Below are positions 13,831-26,669 of a stretch of 64,000 nucleotides of DNA, in pieces. Below the pieces are notes generated by a model. It had not been told where the DNA came from, did not search any database, and saw nothing but the letters and a program-made list of their open reading frames with translations. Positions within the stretch are counted from its first letter, which is position 1. Every line of letters starts with the position of its first letter. Made by a program: the position numbers and the translations under genes. Origin of the DNA: Octopus sinensis (lineage: Eukaryota); NCBI RefSeq assembly GCF_006345805.1, contig NC_043004.1:11842001-11906000 (forward strand). Direction: 5' to 3'.

Positions 13831-14480
13831 GTGTTCTAAAATGAAAAACATTACCTGAGATATAACTTTACAACTATTTTATTTTTATATTCTCTTTTAA
13901 AAATCGTTTTTTTTTTTTTTTCTCCCTTCCAGAAAATACTATTGTAATTTTTTTCCTAATCAGTAACTGTTTCCAATGTCTGTTGCAATTAGGACAAAAT
14001 ATATAATATTCTTGTTTTTTTTTTCTCTCTGTCTGGAGCTGAAAAACAAGTTGTAGAAAAACTACACCAGCACAACCCTACCCCTTCTTTGAAAAAAAAA
14101 ATTACCTCTATACAAAATTATAACTACCTACGTCCAGAGATGTAGTCTACAGTTTGAAACGTAGCAGACTCTCGTTTATTTTTATATGTTCAAATAGATA
14201 TATTTTGCGTAAATTCCTTCTTAATCATAGTACAATGTTAAATGATAATAGGCACTATATATATATGTATGTGTGTATATGTATATGTATATTGGAGAGC
14301 AATGTGTACGTACGTCAAGAATAATCAGCCGAAATTGCGATGATAATCTGGTGCTTGACTGAGGATAGAGGGCTTCGAATGACCCGTCCTTGTTTTCTTT
14401 GTACCGTCTATCTGGATGTTTTGTTGTCCATGTTTGTATCACCTAGCTGTCCGGATGTTTTGCGTTCTTGTCCCACTTTG

Positions 14481-14529
<49 letters not shown>

Positions 14530-14757
14530 CAGTAATCCCTCACCATATCGCAGTTCACCTATCGGGATTTAATATTTAAGCTTACGTCGATTCCTCCGTG
14601 GTTTTGTTTTACATTTATAATAAAATAAATGTATTCAAAGTATAAAGATAATTTTTAAAAAATATAAAATACAGTACTGTTTCTCCTTAGTGGATTTTCA
14701 CCTATCGCGGGGTTTGGGGGTGGGAACGTAACACCCGCTATAGTCGAGGGATTACTA
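14530..14757. mobile_element. pogo/Tigger-type (Tc1/mariner superfamily) MITE
   Basis: TIRs CAGTAATCCCTC / GAGGGATTACTA, TA on both sides. Confidence 0.8.
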
Positions 14758-14781
14758 TATGTATGCACACACACGTATGCT

Positions 14782-14827
<46 letters not shown>

Positions 14828-15035
14828 TGCTCCTATATATATATATTGACGCTGTTATAATAAAAACAATTTTACATTAGCTGATGGGTTATTCTATACT
14901 TTTGTTTATTATTCTTAAACTAGAAAATTATTGGCTGTAACTTCGAAGTTCGGGCAACTAAGTTTCGTCAGAAACAATGAAACTTATCACGTTTTGAGTA
15001 ATGACGATCGTACATTTTGATAAGTTTGTCTGATA

Positions 15036-15081
<46 letters not shown>

Positions 15082-15194
15082 TATCTCTTAAGCAAGGGGT
15101 TTCCTCCACAATGCAGTGAAAAGCCTTTACAGGTTAAAATATTTCTCAAACTTATTTGAAAGGGTCTTAATTCTGAAATTCTTTCCGTCACTAC

Positions 15195-15559
15195 CAGTGG
15201 CCGCTCGTAGATAAAATTAGTTGGGGGTGCTGCTTCAGAAAATGTTTAGCCGTTGTTTTAATATTGTGTAAAAGTAAACAAATATATAAAATGAAAATTT
15301 ATACATAAACATGATCGGTTCGCGTTTTAGCCACTACTGGGTAAATGTGTTTAATTTGTTCACTGAACACGCCGCGAATTCCCCCTAACTTTTCAAAAGT
15401 CCCCCCGAAATCATAAAATAAGCTTGAGGATTATATAGTGTACAAGTATAACGAAAGAATTGAGGAAAAAAGGATTCATTATATTGAATGCTATCGATAA
15501 TATCGAGTGGAAATAGGGGCTGCTGCCGTTCCGCAGTGCCTATACACGAGCCGCCATTG
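15195..15559. mobile_element. hAT-type MITE
   Basis: TIRs CAGTGGCCGCTCGT / ACGAGCCGCCATTG; perfect 8-bp TSD GTCACTAC (15187-15194, 15560-15567). Confidence 0.88.
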
Positions 15560-16059
15560 GTCACTACTCCACGCACATCTATTCACAAAGAAAATACGCA
15601 ACAAAATGAAAATTGTAAGGCATTCTTCCAGAGTGCACATATGAAAATGGAATGATGGAATTAAATGCATGTTTGAAAGTTGGTTTAAAATAATCAATGA
15701 AAATTAATGTTAGTATTGAAATGAAATCATTACGATCTTTCGTTCGGAAACAAGACGAATAAAAGGTCCTATATTTTCCTGCAAGGATTTATCTAAGATA
15801 GAGCAATTATTCATTCTTCTGGGGCGGTGAATCAATCGAAAGATAAACGCGTTCATTTGTTAACTGTCTTTTAAAAAAGTGTGTGTGTGTGTATATATAT
15901 ATATAATATATATATATATATTAAAGATTTTCTAGTACGTCTGAAGGATCGCTACTAAAACGCTTTTGATCCGCTCGATCAGAGCTGACTTGGAACTAAA
16001 TAAAAACAATAACAAATAAGTTTATATGTATGTATGTATGTATGTATGTATATGACAAA

Positions 16060-16620
16060 AAAGAGTAAAAAGACTACAGAAGGTTTGTGTTATATGGTTA
16101 AAGAATATATTTAAATCGTTATGTTAGAAAAATGTTAGAAAATTTTGCATATAAAAACGTAGATTTTGAAGAAATAACCGGTTTCGTACTTTCTTTTCAA
16201 ATTTCTCAAATTTCTTTACCTATATCGTGTCATGTCTTCGCTATGTTGTGAAATATGGAGTTCCAGGCAGGGGAAGGGAATCAGGGATTTTTTCCGGTAT
16301 AAGGGAGATAATCAAACATGTTGGGAATGACTAGGCTTGATTAATTAAACATGAATTGGTTTAGAAGGAATAGAATGTTACAAGTTGTTAGATTTTGCTT
16401 TATATTTTATATTCAATGAGGTGAGTTTCCTTATTTAAAAATGTTAGAAGTGGTTAAGTTTTGGCTTTTATATTTTTCAATGAAGGTTTCCTTATTTAAT
16501 CTAACTTGTGTTGGTGTTCCAACGGCATATTGATAGAATGGAAAGATTATAAATTGTGGTAGCAATTGTTTTGCGCATTTCTCAATATGTTCACTAAAGG
16601 GTATCATTCTGGATTCTGGG
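16060..16620 (-). mobile_element. Penelope-like element 3' remnant: GIY-YIG C-terminus plus pLTR with hammerhead-like motif
   Basis: PESRMIPFSEHIEKCAKQLLPQFIIFPFYQ...RLNKETFIEKYKSQNL resembles the PLE endonuclease end; downstream gaaat TTGAGAA...GAA ACCGGT T atttc (16214-16171). Confidence 0.7.
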
Positions 16621-16729
16621 AATGCCAGAATAAACAACCCTGCGACGTACTGGGAATGCCAGAATAAACAACCTTGCGACGTACAGGCCTCCTATTCAGT
16701 CTCGGTCGTTTGTACGTCATAGAAACCGG

Positions 16730-16890
16730 GAGGCGTCGCTGTGTGGTAAGACGCTTGCTTCTCAACCGCATGGTTGCAGGTTCAGTCCCACTGCGTGGAA
16801 CCTTGGACAAGTGTCTTCAGCTATAGCCTCGGGCTGACCAAAGCCTTGTGAGTGGATTTGGTACACAGATACTAAAAGAAGCCCCTCGTA
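16730..16890 (+). mobile_element. SINE family A 5' half
   Basis: A/B boxes and CORE-like segment. Confidence 0.85.
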
Positions 16891-16909
16891 TGTGTATGTA
16901 TATATATAT

Positions 16910-17240
16910 CTGGTGGTTGTCTACTCCTTATACAGAGTTTGACCACCTCATGTACCTACTGTACATGGAGTCTGATGTGGTTTTTTAACACCAATGTTTT
17001 GAAAAGACACCCACATAGATTGCACCTCTGATTTGGACCACGAAGACCTGCAGATAAGTTCTGCTCTTTGTGGATCTTAACATGTCTTTTGAGGCCTCCG
17101 TTGGATTTGCAAACCTTCTGGCATACATGTATGTATAGAGTGTTTGAAGTGGTGTACAGATATTGTATATTGAGAAAAAGTAGGCAGTCAGAGTTTTGGA
17201 TAATCCTTTATTAGCGCTTTCGTTAGTTTACGAATTCGCC
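16910..17240 (-). mobile_element. RTE-like LINE 3' remnant with two C-terminal C2H2-type fingers
   Basis: Manual translation (not in ORF track): CQKVCKSNGGLKRHVKIHK...CNLCGCLFKTLVLKNHIRLHVQ*, stop at 16956-16958; short 3' UTR running into (TA)n. Confidence 0.6.
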
Positions 17241-17344
17241 AAGACAAAAAATCAAAACCAATATTATCCAAAATTCTGATTCTCTCCTGTTTCTCAATAT
17301 ATGGATATATTCATGTGTGTGTCTGTGTGTGTTTGTGTGTGTGT

Positions 17345-17374
<30 letters not shown>

Positions 17375-17377
<3 letters not shown>

Positions 17378-17610
17378 CTGTAATTGTCCTGCTCACCCCC
17401 ACCGTCGCGTCGCTTGACAACCGATGTTGGTGTGTTTTTGTCCCTGTAACTTATCGGTTCGGCAAAAGAGACCGATAGAATAAGTACTAGGCTTACAAAT
17501 AATAAGTCCTGGGGTCGATTTCTTCGACTAAAACAAAACAAAAAAAAAACCCTTTAAGGCGGTGCTCCGGCAAGGCCGCAGTCACATGACTAAAACAAGG
17601 TAAAAGAATA
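17375..17610 (+). mobile_element. SINE family A 3' half
   Basis: cgcttgacaaccgatgttgg...aaacaaggtaaaagaat. Confidence 0.85.
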
Positions 17611-17689
17611 AAAAAACAACAAGCCTTATGAGTGTTGGGACTGAGATAGTAATGTCCTGTGGTTGATGATGAGTGATGAGAATGACGTT

Positions 17690-18250
17690 AGCTAAAGCCC
17701 CACAGAACTGGAATTACTCTGACCACTAAGAGTAAATACCCTCTCCCCGCTGTCGTACCTTGCTCTACTAGCGCTGACCACGTTTCCCATTTTCATCCAC
17801 ATCTTCATCAAATTTCCCAGATGGTAAGATCCCCTTCCCCCTCCCTCCCTCTGCATTCTTTGGTTGTTCATAAGCGCACAAACCTTCATAAAATTGTGGG
17901 GAGGTATACTCAATTGAATCGATTAACAATACTGCAAGCTGCCAAATAGAGAACCCAGATTTAAACAGATCCACCGTGCGAGTTCTTTCGGTGGTTTTCG
18001 CAGTCGAGCAGAATATACCAGATTTGGGGGAAATAAAATCACCCGAAGGCTTCAGGTTCAATCCCCACTAATGGTAGTATTTCGAAACGAGCAGGAGAGC
18101 ATATAAGAGTCATCTCGTAGGAGGGCCCCGCTCTCTTACATTGCCAGGAACTAACTGGCCGAAACGTTTGATGGGTGATTTTCCTCTAAAAAATTTTCCT
18201 GCTGTCTGCTCGCTCCATAATGAGTTTCCACTTCCTACATCACTCTCAAT
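17690..18250 (+). mobile_element. Possible decayed Penelope-like fragment
   Basis: Broken frames HFHPHLHQISQMVR and LVVHKRTNLHKIV resemble the PLE RT-endonuclease linker; gccag..ctggcCGAAACGTT hammerhead-like half at about 18143-18168. Confidence 0.3.
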
Positions 18251-18806
18251 GATTCATTAACACTTTATTTTGTCGACCCTAGAAGTAAATGTTCTCCTTC
18301 AACTGGGCGTGAGTGCGTTCGTTGCGTACATGTCTTACAACAAACGCACAAGGCGGAATGCGCGCACAATAAGAAAAAGATTTTTTCTTCTCAATTGATG
18401 AGGGTCCATTCGCATGTATATAAGTCTACTTTGCACACAGGAAGACAAAATGGGCAAATTTTTGCGCACATTTACATAAAAAAATTTACAGAGGACAATC
18501 ATTGGAAGTATGAAAAACAAAAACGATTTCGTAAAATGTAACTGTCAACCGAGAATCGAAACCTAATCGGCAGATTCACTTTAGTATGTATTTTTTTTTT
18601 TCTTTTCTACTCTGGGCACAAGGACCGAAATTTTGGAGGAGGGGCCAGTCGATTAGATCTACCCCGGTACGCAACTGGTACTTAATCTATCGACCTCCAG
18701 GGTGTAAGGTAAAGACCACCTCGGCGGAATTTGAACTCAGAACGCTTTAGTATGTATTTGTTACGAACGATGTATGTTTGCAAGTGTGTATTTTTCAGTT
18801 TATTTT

Positions 18807-19130
18807 GAAGGCACGTGGCTTAGTGATTAGGGTATACGGCTCACGATTGTAAGGTCGGGAGTTCGATTTCCGGCGGCGCGTTGTATCCTTGAGTAAGTCA
18901 CTTTATTTCACGTTACTCCAGTTCGTTCAGCTGGCAAAAACAAGAAGTAGATGTTTTTCAAAGACCCAGCCTTGTCATAATCTGTGTCACGCTGAATCAC
19001 CTTCAGAACTACATTGAGGGCACGCGTGTCTGTGGAACGCGCTGTCACTTGCACGTTAATTTCACGAGGAGGCAGTTCCGTTGGTCGGATCAACCGGGAC
19101 CCTCGTCGTCGTAACCGACGGAGTGTCAGA
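18807..19130 (+). mobile_element. tRNA-headed CORE-type SINE sharing its 3' tail with family C (OR2-like)
   Basis: TGGCTTAGTGA A box, GAGTTCGATTT B box, ccttgagtaagtcactt CORE-like segment; tail matches about 42000-42164. Confidence 0.8.
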
Positions 19131-19254
19131 TTTTTCTCTCTAACCTTAGGTCTTATAAAGGCCGCTTACCCGGTTTCCTTGACGTACAAGTGAGCGAGAT
19201 CACAACATTTGTCTGAACGAGACACCGGCCTTGTTGCAGGATTCAAAGACCGTA

Positions 19255-19682
19255 ATTTTAAGGGGGCAGTTTTAAGTACTTCACTGGTATTTTATTTTAT
19301 CGATCCTGTACAGATGAAGAGTAAAGATGACATCAGCAGGATTTGAACTCAGAACGTAAAATATTCGGAAGAAATGCTGCTAAGCATTTTGTTCGACGCG
19401 CCAAAGATCCAACCAGCTCACCAACTTACAAGTGTGTATAATAAAAGTTTTTAAAATATCGATCTCAAATTTTGATACAAGGCTAGCAATTTTGAAGGAA
19501 GTGATTAATCGATTAGATCAATCCCAGTGTTCAAAGGGTATTTATTTTATCGATCCCGAAAGGAGGAAAGACAAAAGTCGACCTCACCGGAATTTGAACT
19601 CAGATCGTAAAATTAGCAGAAACTCCGGTAAGTGTTTTGCTCAGCGCACTAACGATTCTATTTCTACTAGTTCGCCGCCTTA
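19255..19682 (-). mobile_element. Two old SINE family B copies
   Basis: atttgaactcaga and ttttatcgatcc motifs each occur twice. Confidence 0.75.
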
Positions 19683-20693
19683 AGATTTAAAAGTATTGTG
19701 AATGTGTGTATCTACTTTAAGAAACTGTGTCCGTATGTATGAATACGTGTGTGTGTGTGAGCGCTTATCCGAGTTGTTTACATCAAACACGACTCGGACT
19801 GCGTAGAGTATATAAACCAAGGTGTTCAAGCCGTGAGACCATTTCACATATTTTAGGGATAGCATATTTTGATTCTAGTGGAAGGGGGATTTGAGGAATA
19901 TTTGGCTATTACTTCTAGCAATTTGAGTGACTATTTATAGGCTTCATCGCTGGCTCTTGTTATTTGTTAGTGTGTGTCGGAGGCTTACGCGTATCTTCAG
20001 TGTGTCTGCTGTGTTCGTATGTATACTTTATCGTTCTTTAACCCCCATCTCTGTCCATGTCTAGCAGATCTCTTTCTACTGAGCTGGGGGGCTAAATAAC
20101 AATAATCATATACATTCCTACCGTGACCCTGTCGCCTATTCTTCCTATGTGAAAGGGGGTCCACCCAGGTCCGCATTATCTAGGGGTACCGCTTTGATTT
20201 TATGTATCTTTGTTTCCCATAATCGTAGGGTTTGATTTTGTACATCTAAGGCACTGCATTGATTTTTGTTTTTCATAAGCGTTAAGTGTGAACTGAGGTG
20301 AAGTTTGACTGTTAATTTTAACATGCCAAGCGACCACGTAGAGGTTCTCTCTTGCTTGTTCGCGTATGTGTGAGCGATGTCAGTATACACACGCACACAT
20401 ACACTTCTACGGAATGTATTTACGGAAGCAACAGATTACACACACACACACACACACACACTCATACACACACTCATACGTATATGTCTATTAAACAACA
20501 AGCTTCATCATTCATATTACGCTACTGTCAGGAGAGGCTGCGGATTGTCAGCCGGCTTTTGTTCAACATAAACAGCTTTCGGTATACGAATTCTAACAAC
20601 GTAAGTTCAATTCCTGCCTTAATATCATGCAAGTGTTTTATTTATTTTTTTTTTTTAATTTTCATTTTCATAATTTCCATATATACGAGGATT

Positions 20694-20734
<41 letters not shown>

Positions 20735-21902
20735 GTGAACGCATTTTCTTTCCGCTGATAAAAAGGAACCGGTTACTAAAGTAACTACATTTCTCTCCTT
20801 TCAATTTAGATGATAGCAATTTCTCAATTCATATATTCTAACACACCAACATTCTCTTATTCCTTTATTCTTGTTCTGATTTCTGTCATTGATTTCCGCG
20901 GCTATGCTGGAGCATTGCTTTTACTGGTTTATTCTCTAATAAACACCTTCTGTGGATATTGTTTACTTAACTAGAAAAATCTGTCCTTCTTTTAGAAAAG
21001 ATCCCCCTCTGTAATTCCTTCTGCTAATTTAGTTTATCGAATTATTATTATTTTTTTTTTTTTTATCAAACCGCTAAATTAAGGATCCTAAAGGGTTGGG
21101 GTTTATAACTTAAACATAAACACACACAGTTTTCTCACAAAATATTGGACAACCGGAGACTATGATAGAAGGGCAACGCTTGCCCCGCTAAGGTAACCAC
21201 GTCGTAATTACACACTGGGAAACATGCCGTTTTGAAGCAAACTTCTTGTACATATACGATAGCTGCTGCTGCTGCTGCTGAGGTTTGGTAAGGATTCGCG
21301 CAACATTCATAGCAACATATATAAACATCACACGGCGCTTGTTGTTACAGGCGCAAGAATGACTGTGTGGCTATAAAGCTCACTCTGCAACCAAGTGATT
21401 TTGGGTTCAATCTCCCGCAAGTGTTTTAAAATTTTTTTTTTAACTATAGTCCTGGGCCGATTAATTCCTTGCGAGTGAATTACGTAGACAGAAACTCTGT
21501 TTTTTTTTTTTTTGTGATTGTACCCCGTCACCAATGCTGGTTTGTTTACATCCCCGATAAATCGGACTTCAAAATTATATGTACTGGAGTCTGGTTTTTG
21601 TGCTTGTTCCCCGCCACCAATGCTGGTTTGTTTACATCCCCGATAAAACGGACTTCAAAAATATATGCACAGGAGTTGGAGTCGAGTTTTTTCGACCAAA
21701 CCGCTCTAGGTGATGACTCACGTTGACCGCAAGTAAAAAAGATTGGTTCGGTCAACTCTGAAGGATTAAAATCATGAAAACTGACGTTCCATATGTGACA
21801 AACCCTGTCCCCTGGGGTCTATCAGGAACTGTTATTTTGTCGCGTACTCTTTTGTGAAGACGGCAAGATCTAAAATGTACAACATACATACATACCTACA
21901 TA

Positions 21903-22124
21903 CGAGGGGTGTGGAAAAGTTCCTGGTTTTGGGTAACAGAAAATACAGTAGGATCGGTTATTTATAATTTTATTCAACATATTTCCCTCTCAGATTCACA
22001 CACTTATTGCAGCAGTCCTGCAGCAGTCCTTCAGTTTTTCTAAGTCCAGAAAATAATTCGGAAGGTTGAGCCTCCAACCAGGCCTTTCACCACTCCCTTA
22101 AAGAAACTTTTCAGCATAGCTTCG
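21903..22124. mobile_element. mariner-derived MITE, copy 1
   Basis: TA-CGAGGGGTGTGGAAAAGTTCC left end, degenerate right end; body matches 36625-36840. Confidence 0.75.
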
Positions 22125-23256
22125 TGTGTGTGTCTATATACATATATATATATATTTATATAAAGTGAGACGAATATTAGTTGAGCGAAACTTCCGAAGT
22201 CCTCCTTCTGTATACTCTACAAATAAATATTGAGAAATTCTTCACTTTAATGCTAAATTATTATTATTATTATTATTATTTTATTACAAATCATCATAAA
22301 AGCAGAGAGACACATGGATGTATATCAAGCTTCTTTGCATGTATACATTTTAATATCTACATGAACGGAGAAAGAAATTGAATGTTTTGAAATGTGGCAA
22401 CGCGAAGCTCGGAGGAAACCCACCACTTCCTGTCTTATATTTATTCTACTTAAGGCGGGCGAACTAGCAGAAAATGCTTCATGGCATTTCCTCCGATTCT
22501 CTACGTTCTGAATACAAAATACCGCCTAGGTCGGCTTCGTTTTTCATCCCTTCGGGGGTCGATAACATAAACTACCAGCTAAGTCCTGGGATCTATATTA
22601 ATTCCTCATAAAAATTGTTAACTTTCTCCTAAAATTTGAAAGAATCATTAACTCTGTGTATTAAACTCCCATCTCCTTACGTTTATTATTAACAAGTACA
22701 TACATATTCCATCGATTCGTCCATCTTCTCCGCCTCCTATTCCTGGGAGGGTTGTCGGGTTAGATAGAGTCCTAACGCACATCCCTCCATAAGGTCTTAT
22801 CATAAGCAACAGTCATTGGGATTTTCCGGCTGGTTTCTCAAGCGTGACTAACTAACTATAAATATTTTCCAACCATACATGCATATTTATACGCATAATT
22901 TGTTTTATTATTTACATGTCTCGTTGATAATACATATTTAATCGCTCCAAAATTGATTTGTTTTTCTTCAATGAGGCCCTTTGTTATATACTTTGTACAA
23001 CGAAATATTCTCTTTATATTTACGAAATATGTATTCTTATTACTGTTAATAATAGTCACCTTGGTATACGTAGGGAGTATATAGTTACTTTTACAACGGT
23101 TTGTCTTGTCACAGTCTGGGGTTTTTTTTTTCTTGCAACGCTTGAATGCACAAAACTAGCAAATTGATTTCTATCTCTGCGACAACAGTTTGGTGTGCAT
23201 GTGTGATTTATATCTATAGATTTTCGCTAAAAACGCGAATTTGTTTCCAACATGAA

Positions 23257-23475
23257 AGGCGGCGAGCTGGCAGAAACGTTAGCACGCCGGATGAAAAATG
23301 CTTAGCGGCATTTCGTCTGTCTTTACGTTCTGAGTTCAAATTCCGCCGAGGTCGATATTATCTTTCATCCTTTCGAGGTCGATAAATTAAGTACCAGTTA
23401 CGTCCTGGGGTCGATCTAATTGACTGGTCCCCTCCTCCAAAATTTCGGGCCTTATACCTTGAGTAAAAACGAATA
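23257..23475 (+). mobile_element. SINE family B, full length, alternative tail
   Basis: GGCGGCGAGCTGGCAGAAACG head; tail ...ccaaaatttcgggccttatacc. Confidence 0.9.
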
Positions 23476-23818
23476 TATTATACGTTCGAATTATGTATTT
23501 GTGCATATACGAATGTGTGAATGTATATGTATGGATATGTGTATAAATGGTGACTGATGAGGTCTTTGCTTGAGTATTCATGAGTATATTGTTATAATGA
23601 AATAATGTAGAAGCCGCTTATTATTATCGCCTCGGATAATGTTACTTGTTGTCTAAAATACTGAGTTCCAAATTCTTTATTTGTTTCATGTTATTCCCAA
23701 ATTCCGGTTATTTAAAAAGAAAAGGCTTCATCGCTGTGATAACAATAAGCGGCTTCTCCTGCGTGTGTATTTACAAATATGGCATCTTAAAGTTTTCATC
23801 ATAGTACAGTGTACACAA

Positions 23819-24150
23819 AGGCGACGAGCTGGCAGAATCGTTAGCACACCGGGTGAAATACTTAGCGGTATTTCGCCAGCCGCTACGTTCTGAGTTCAAA
23901 TTTGCCTTTCATCCTTTCGGGGTTGATTAAATAAGTCCCAGTTACACACTGGGGTCGATGTAATCGATTTAATCCGTTTGTCCCCTTTGTGTGTAGCCCC
24001 TTGTGAGCAGTAAAGAAATAGGTATTTTGTCGGCCGTTACGTTCTGAGTTCAAATTCCGCTGAGGTCGACTTTGCCTTTCATCCTTTCAGGGCCGATAAA
24101 TTAAGTACCAGTTACGCACTGGGGTCGATGTAATCGACTTAATTTCTTTG
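23819..24150 (+). mobile_element. SINE family B tandem dimer
   Basis: Unit 1 tail aaagaaata is joined to ggtatttt of unit 2 at 24020/24021. Confidence 0.88.
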
Positions 24151-24289
24151 TATTCACGCATGCTTATATAAATAGTTGTTGTATGTACACACGCGCACGC
24201 ACACTTCTCTGTTGCTATGGGCCAGTATATGCTAGTGTATCAGCTGTTTTTATGTTGATGGTGTTGGTTAATGTGTGTGTCACACACAC

Positions 24290-24670
24290 ACAGGTGCGGC
24301 AGTGGCTATGTAAGAAGTTTGCACTCCAATCGCATAGTCCCGGGTTCAGTCCCACAATGTGACACCTTGAGCAGGTGTTTTCTGCTGTAGCCCCTAGCCG
24401 ACGAAAGCCTTGTGTGTGGATCTGGTCGACGGAAACTGAAAGAAGCCTGTCGCATTTATCCCCGCTTCACACAAATTTCAGGTGTAGAAATTAAGATATG
24501 TTTAAAAATAAACAAACGTTAAACTTAGCGTTTCGGCAAAAGAGACCGATAGAATAAGTACTACGCCTATAAAGAATAAATTCGGGGGTCGATTTCTTCG
24601 ACTTAAAACACTTCAAGGCAGTGATCCAGCATGGCCGCAGTCAAGTGACTGAAACAAGTAAAAGTATAAA
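24290..24670 (+). mobile_element. SINE family A (older)
   Basis: Head, CORE-like segment and tail present. Confidence 0.8.
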
Positions 24671-24843
24671 AACATGTGTGTGTGCATAAGGGTACATAGG
24701 TACAGGACGTCACCAACAGTGCAAACAACATGAAATATGTAAACAACGAGGGATGAAAAAATGGAAAACGGGACAAGTAAACACAGAGAAAGGACCCTTC
24801 ATCAGTTGTCGGCTGTCTATCTACTCCTCATTTCGGGCATTAA

Positions 24844-24890
<47 letters not shown>

Positions 24891-24892
<2 letters not shown>

Positions 24893-25040
24893 TAGGTGAA
24901 TGAATTTATCCTATGTTTATCGTCAGCATGGAAAATTGGTTTAACCGAAACCTGGGTAGCAAATTCACGCCATAAACACGGTTGAAGCGACCTATCAAGG
25001 GTAGAAACTCCGGGTTCATGTGTAGAAATTTGTGTGTTGT
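24891..25040 (+). mobile_element. Short insert in (TA)n sharing its 5' end with the hammerhead element at 42187-42368
   Basis: gtaggtgaatgaatt..atcct...agcatggaRaattSgtttaacc shared by both loci. Confidence 0.6.
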
Positions 25041-25049
25041 ATATGAATA

Positions 25050-25110
<61 letters not shown>

Positions 25111-25112
<2 letters not shown>

Positions 25113-25298
25113 CGGGAAGGTTTACGAAAATAAACAAAAGACGAAGGCAGGTGGAGTACAAACAAACAAATGTATTAGTATGGTGCTCAGGAATAGAAGT
25201 AGAACAAGTCTTTTACGTTTCGAGCCTACGCTCTTTGACAGAAAGATACACAGAAAAAAACAAGGAGAGAAAAAAATGCGTGTAGGAGCTAACGATCT
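25111..25298 (-). mobile_element. Family F short repeat with variant minimal hammerhead-like fold (25209-25246)
   Basis: tcttt CTGTCAA a gagc-gtag-gctc GAA ACGT A aaaga; related copies at 46617-46880. Confidence 0.6.
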
Positions 25299-25682
25299 AT
25301 ACACACACACACACACACACACACACGTAAATGTAATTTGTTGAAAGAAGTTCAGCTAGGTGAGAAGGATGAAGATGATGGTTGTATCTTTAAGTGGAAA
25401 ATGAAGGTCAAACATATTTAAACGTTAAGTGTCAATGAATTTCACAGTTAATGGCGTATCTACGTTAAGAGTTGAAGCCGTATCCTCTGTCAACGGCGTC
25501 GCGGGCTTTACGTGTGTGTGCCTTGTGTGCAATTCATATGTTTATAAATGGTTTTATTATCCCGAAATAGTACATGCGTGCACGTAATTATTTATATACA
25601 TGTGTTTTCACAAACCCTAATTTACACACAAATTTATTACATGTATATATATATATATATGCATGCACGCACACACACACAT

Positions 25683-25807
25683 ATTTATTCTTAAGCAAGA
25701 ATATTGTTGAATTTCTACCAGTTAAGCCATCGTCAACATGCCAAAGATGACTTAACAAACCGAAACTTCGAACTCACTGTCGACAAAATTCTTGTCTAAG
25801 AATAAAT
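25683..25807. repeat. Inverted pair of pLTR-like fragments
   Basis: atttattcttaagcaagaatattgttga versus gtcgacaaaattcttgtctaagaataaat; inner degenerate ...gatgRcttaac...gaaa on both strands. Confidence 0.55.
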
Positions 25808-25876
25808 TTGTACTCTACAAATGTGTAGAATAACCCTTCAGATTAACGTAATTTTTTTGTTACTAAAAATAAATCA

Positions 25877-26245
25877 TAAAATTATTTTGCGTCTGGGGAG
25901 AATCATTTTCTTTTTGTTCTTTATAATTCAACACACTCACCGGTAAAATTTCCACTTATTTCTTAATTTTCATTTTCCTAAAATTTTCGTTGCGTCTTGC
26001 AACCTTGTCAATAGTCTTGACTCTGTCCGTTATTTACACTGCGTTCCTTTTTGTTTGTTTGTGCGCATGTATGTCGTGTGTGTGTGTGTGTGTGCCTATG
26101 CATGCATGTACATATGAAAAGGTTGCAAGACTCAACGAAAACTTTAGGTAAATAAAAATTAAGAAATAAGCGGAAATTTTACCGGTGAGTATGTTAAATC
26201 ATAAGGCACAAAATGAAAATGACTCTCCGCAGACAAAACAGAATA
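25877..26245. repeat. About 135-bp imperfect inverted repeat (arms about 25877-26011 and 26115-26245) with hammerhead-like inner ends
   Basis: Arms are reverse complements, e.g. cactcaccggtaaaatttcc / ggaaattttaccggtgagt. Confidence 0.9.
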
Positions 26246-26363
26246 TGCTTCAACACACGAACTCACATAAAGAATCTTGCAAACCAAATCCAAAGACGAA
26301 ATATAAATCATAAAAGACAAACATTAACAACACTCACATAAACACACACACACACACACACAC

Positions 26364-26430
<67 letters not shown>

Positions 26431-26447
26431 GGAGACGTGTGGATATA

Positions 26448-26669
26448 TATTTCTTTATTGGCCACAAGGGGCTAAACATAGAGAGGACAAACAAGGACAG
26501 ACAAATTACATCGACCCCAGTGCGAAACTGGTACTTTTATTTATCGACCCCGAAAGGATGAAAGGCAAAGTCGACATCGGCGGAATTTGAACTCAGAACG
26601 TAACGACAGACGAAATACCGCTAAGCATTTCGCCCGGCGCGCTAACGTGTCTGCCAGCTCGCCGCCTTT
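26448..26669 (-). mobile_element. SINE family B, full length, 15-bp TSD
   Basis: TSD AGACGTGTGGATATA (26433-26447, 26670-26684). Confidence 0.93.
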
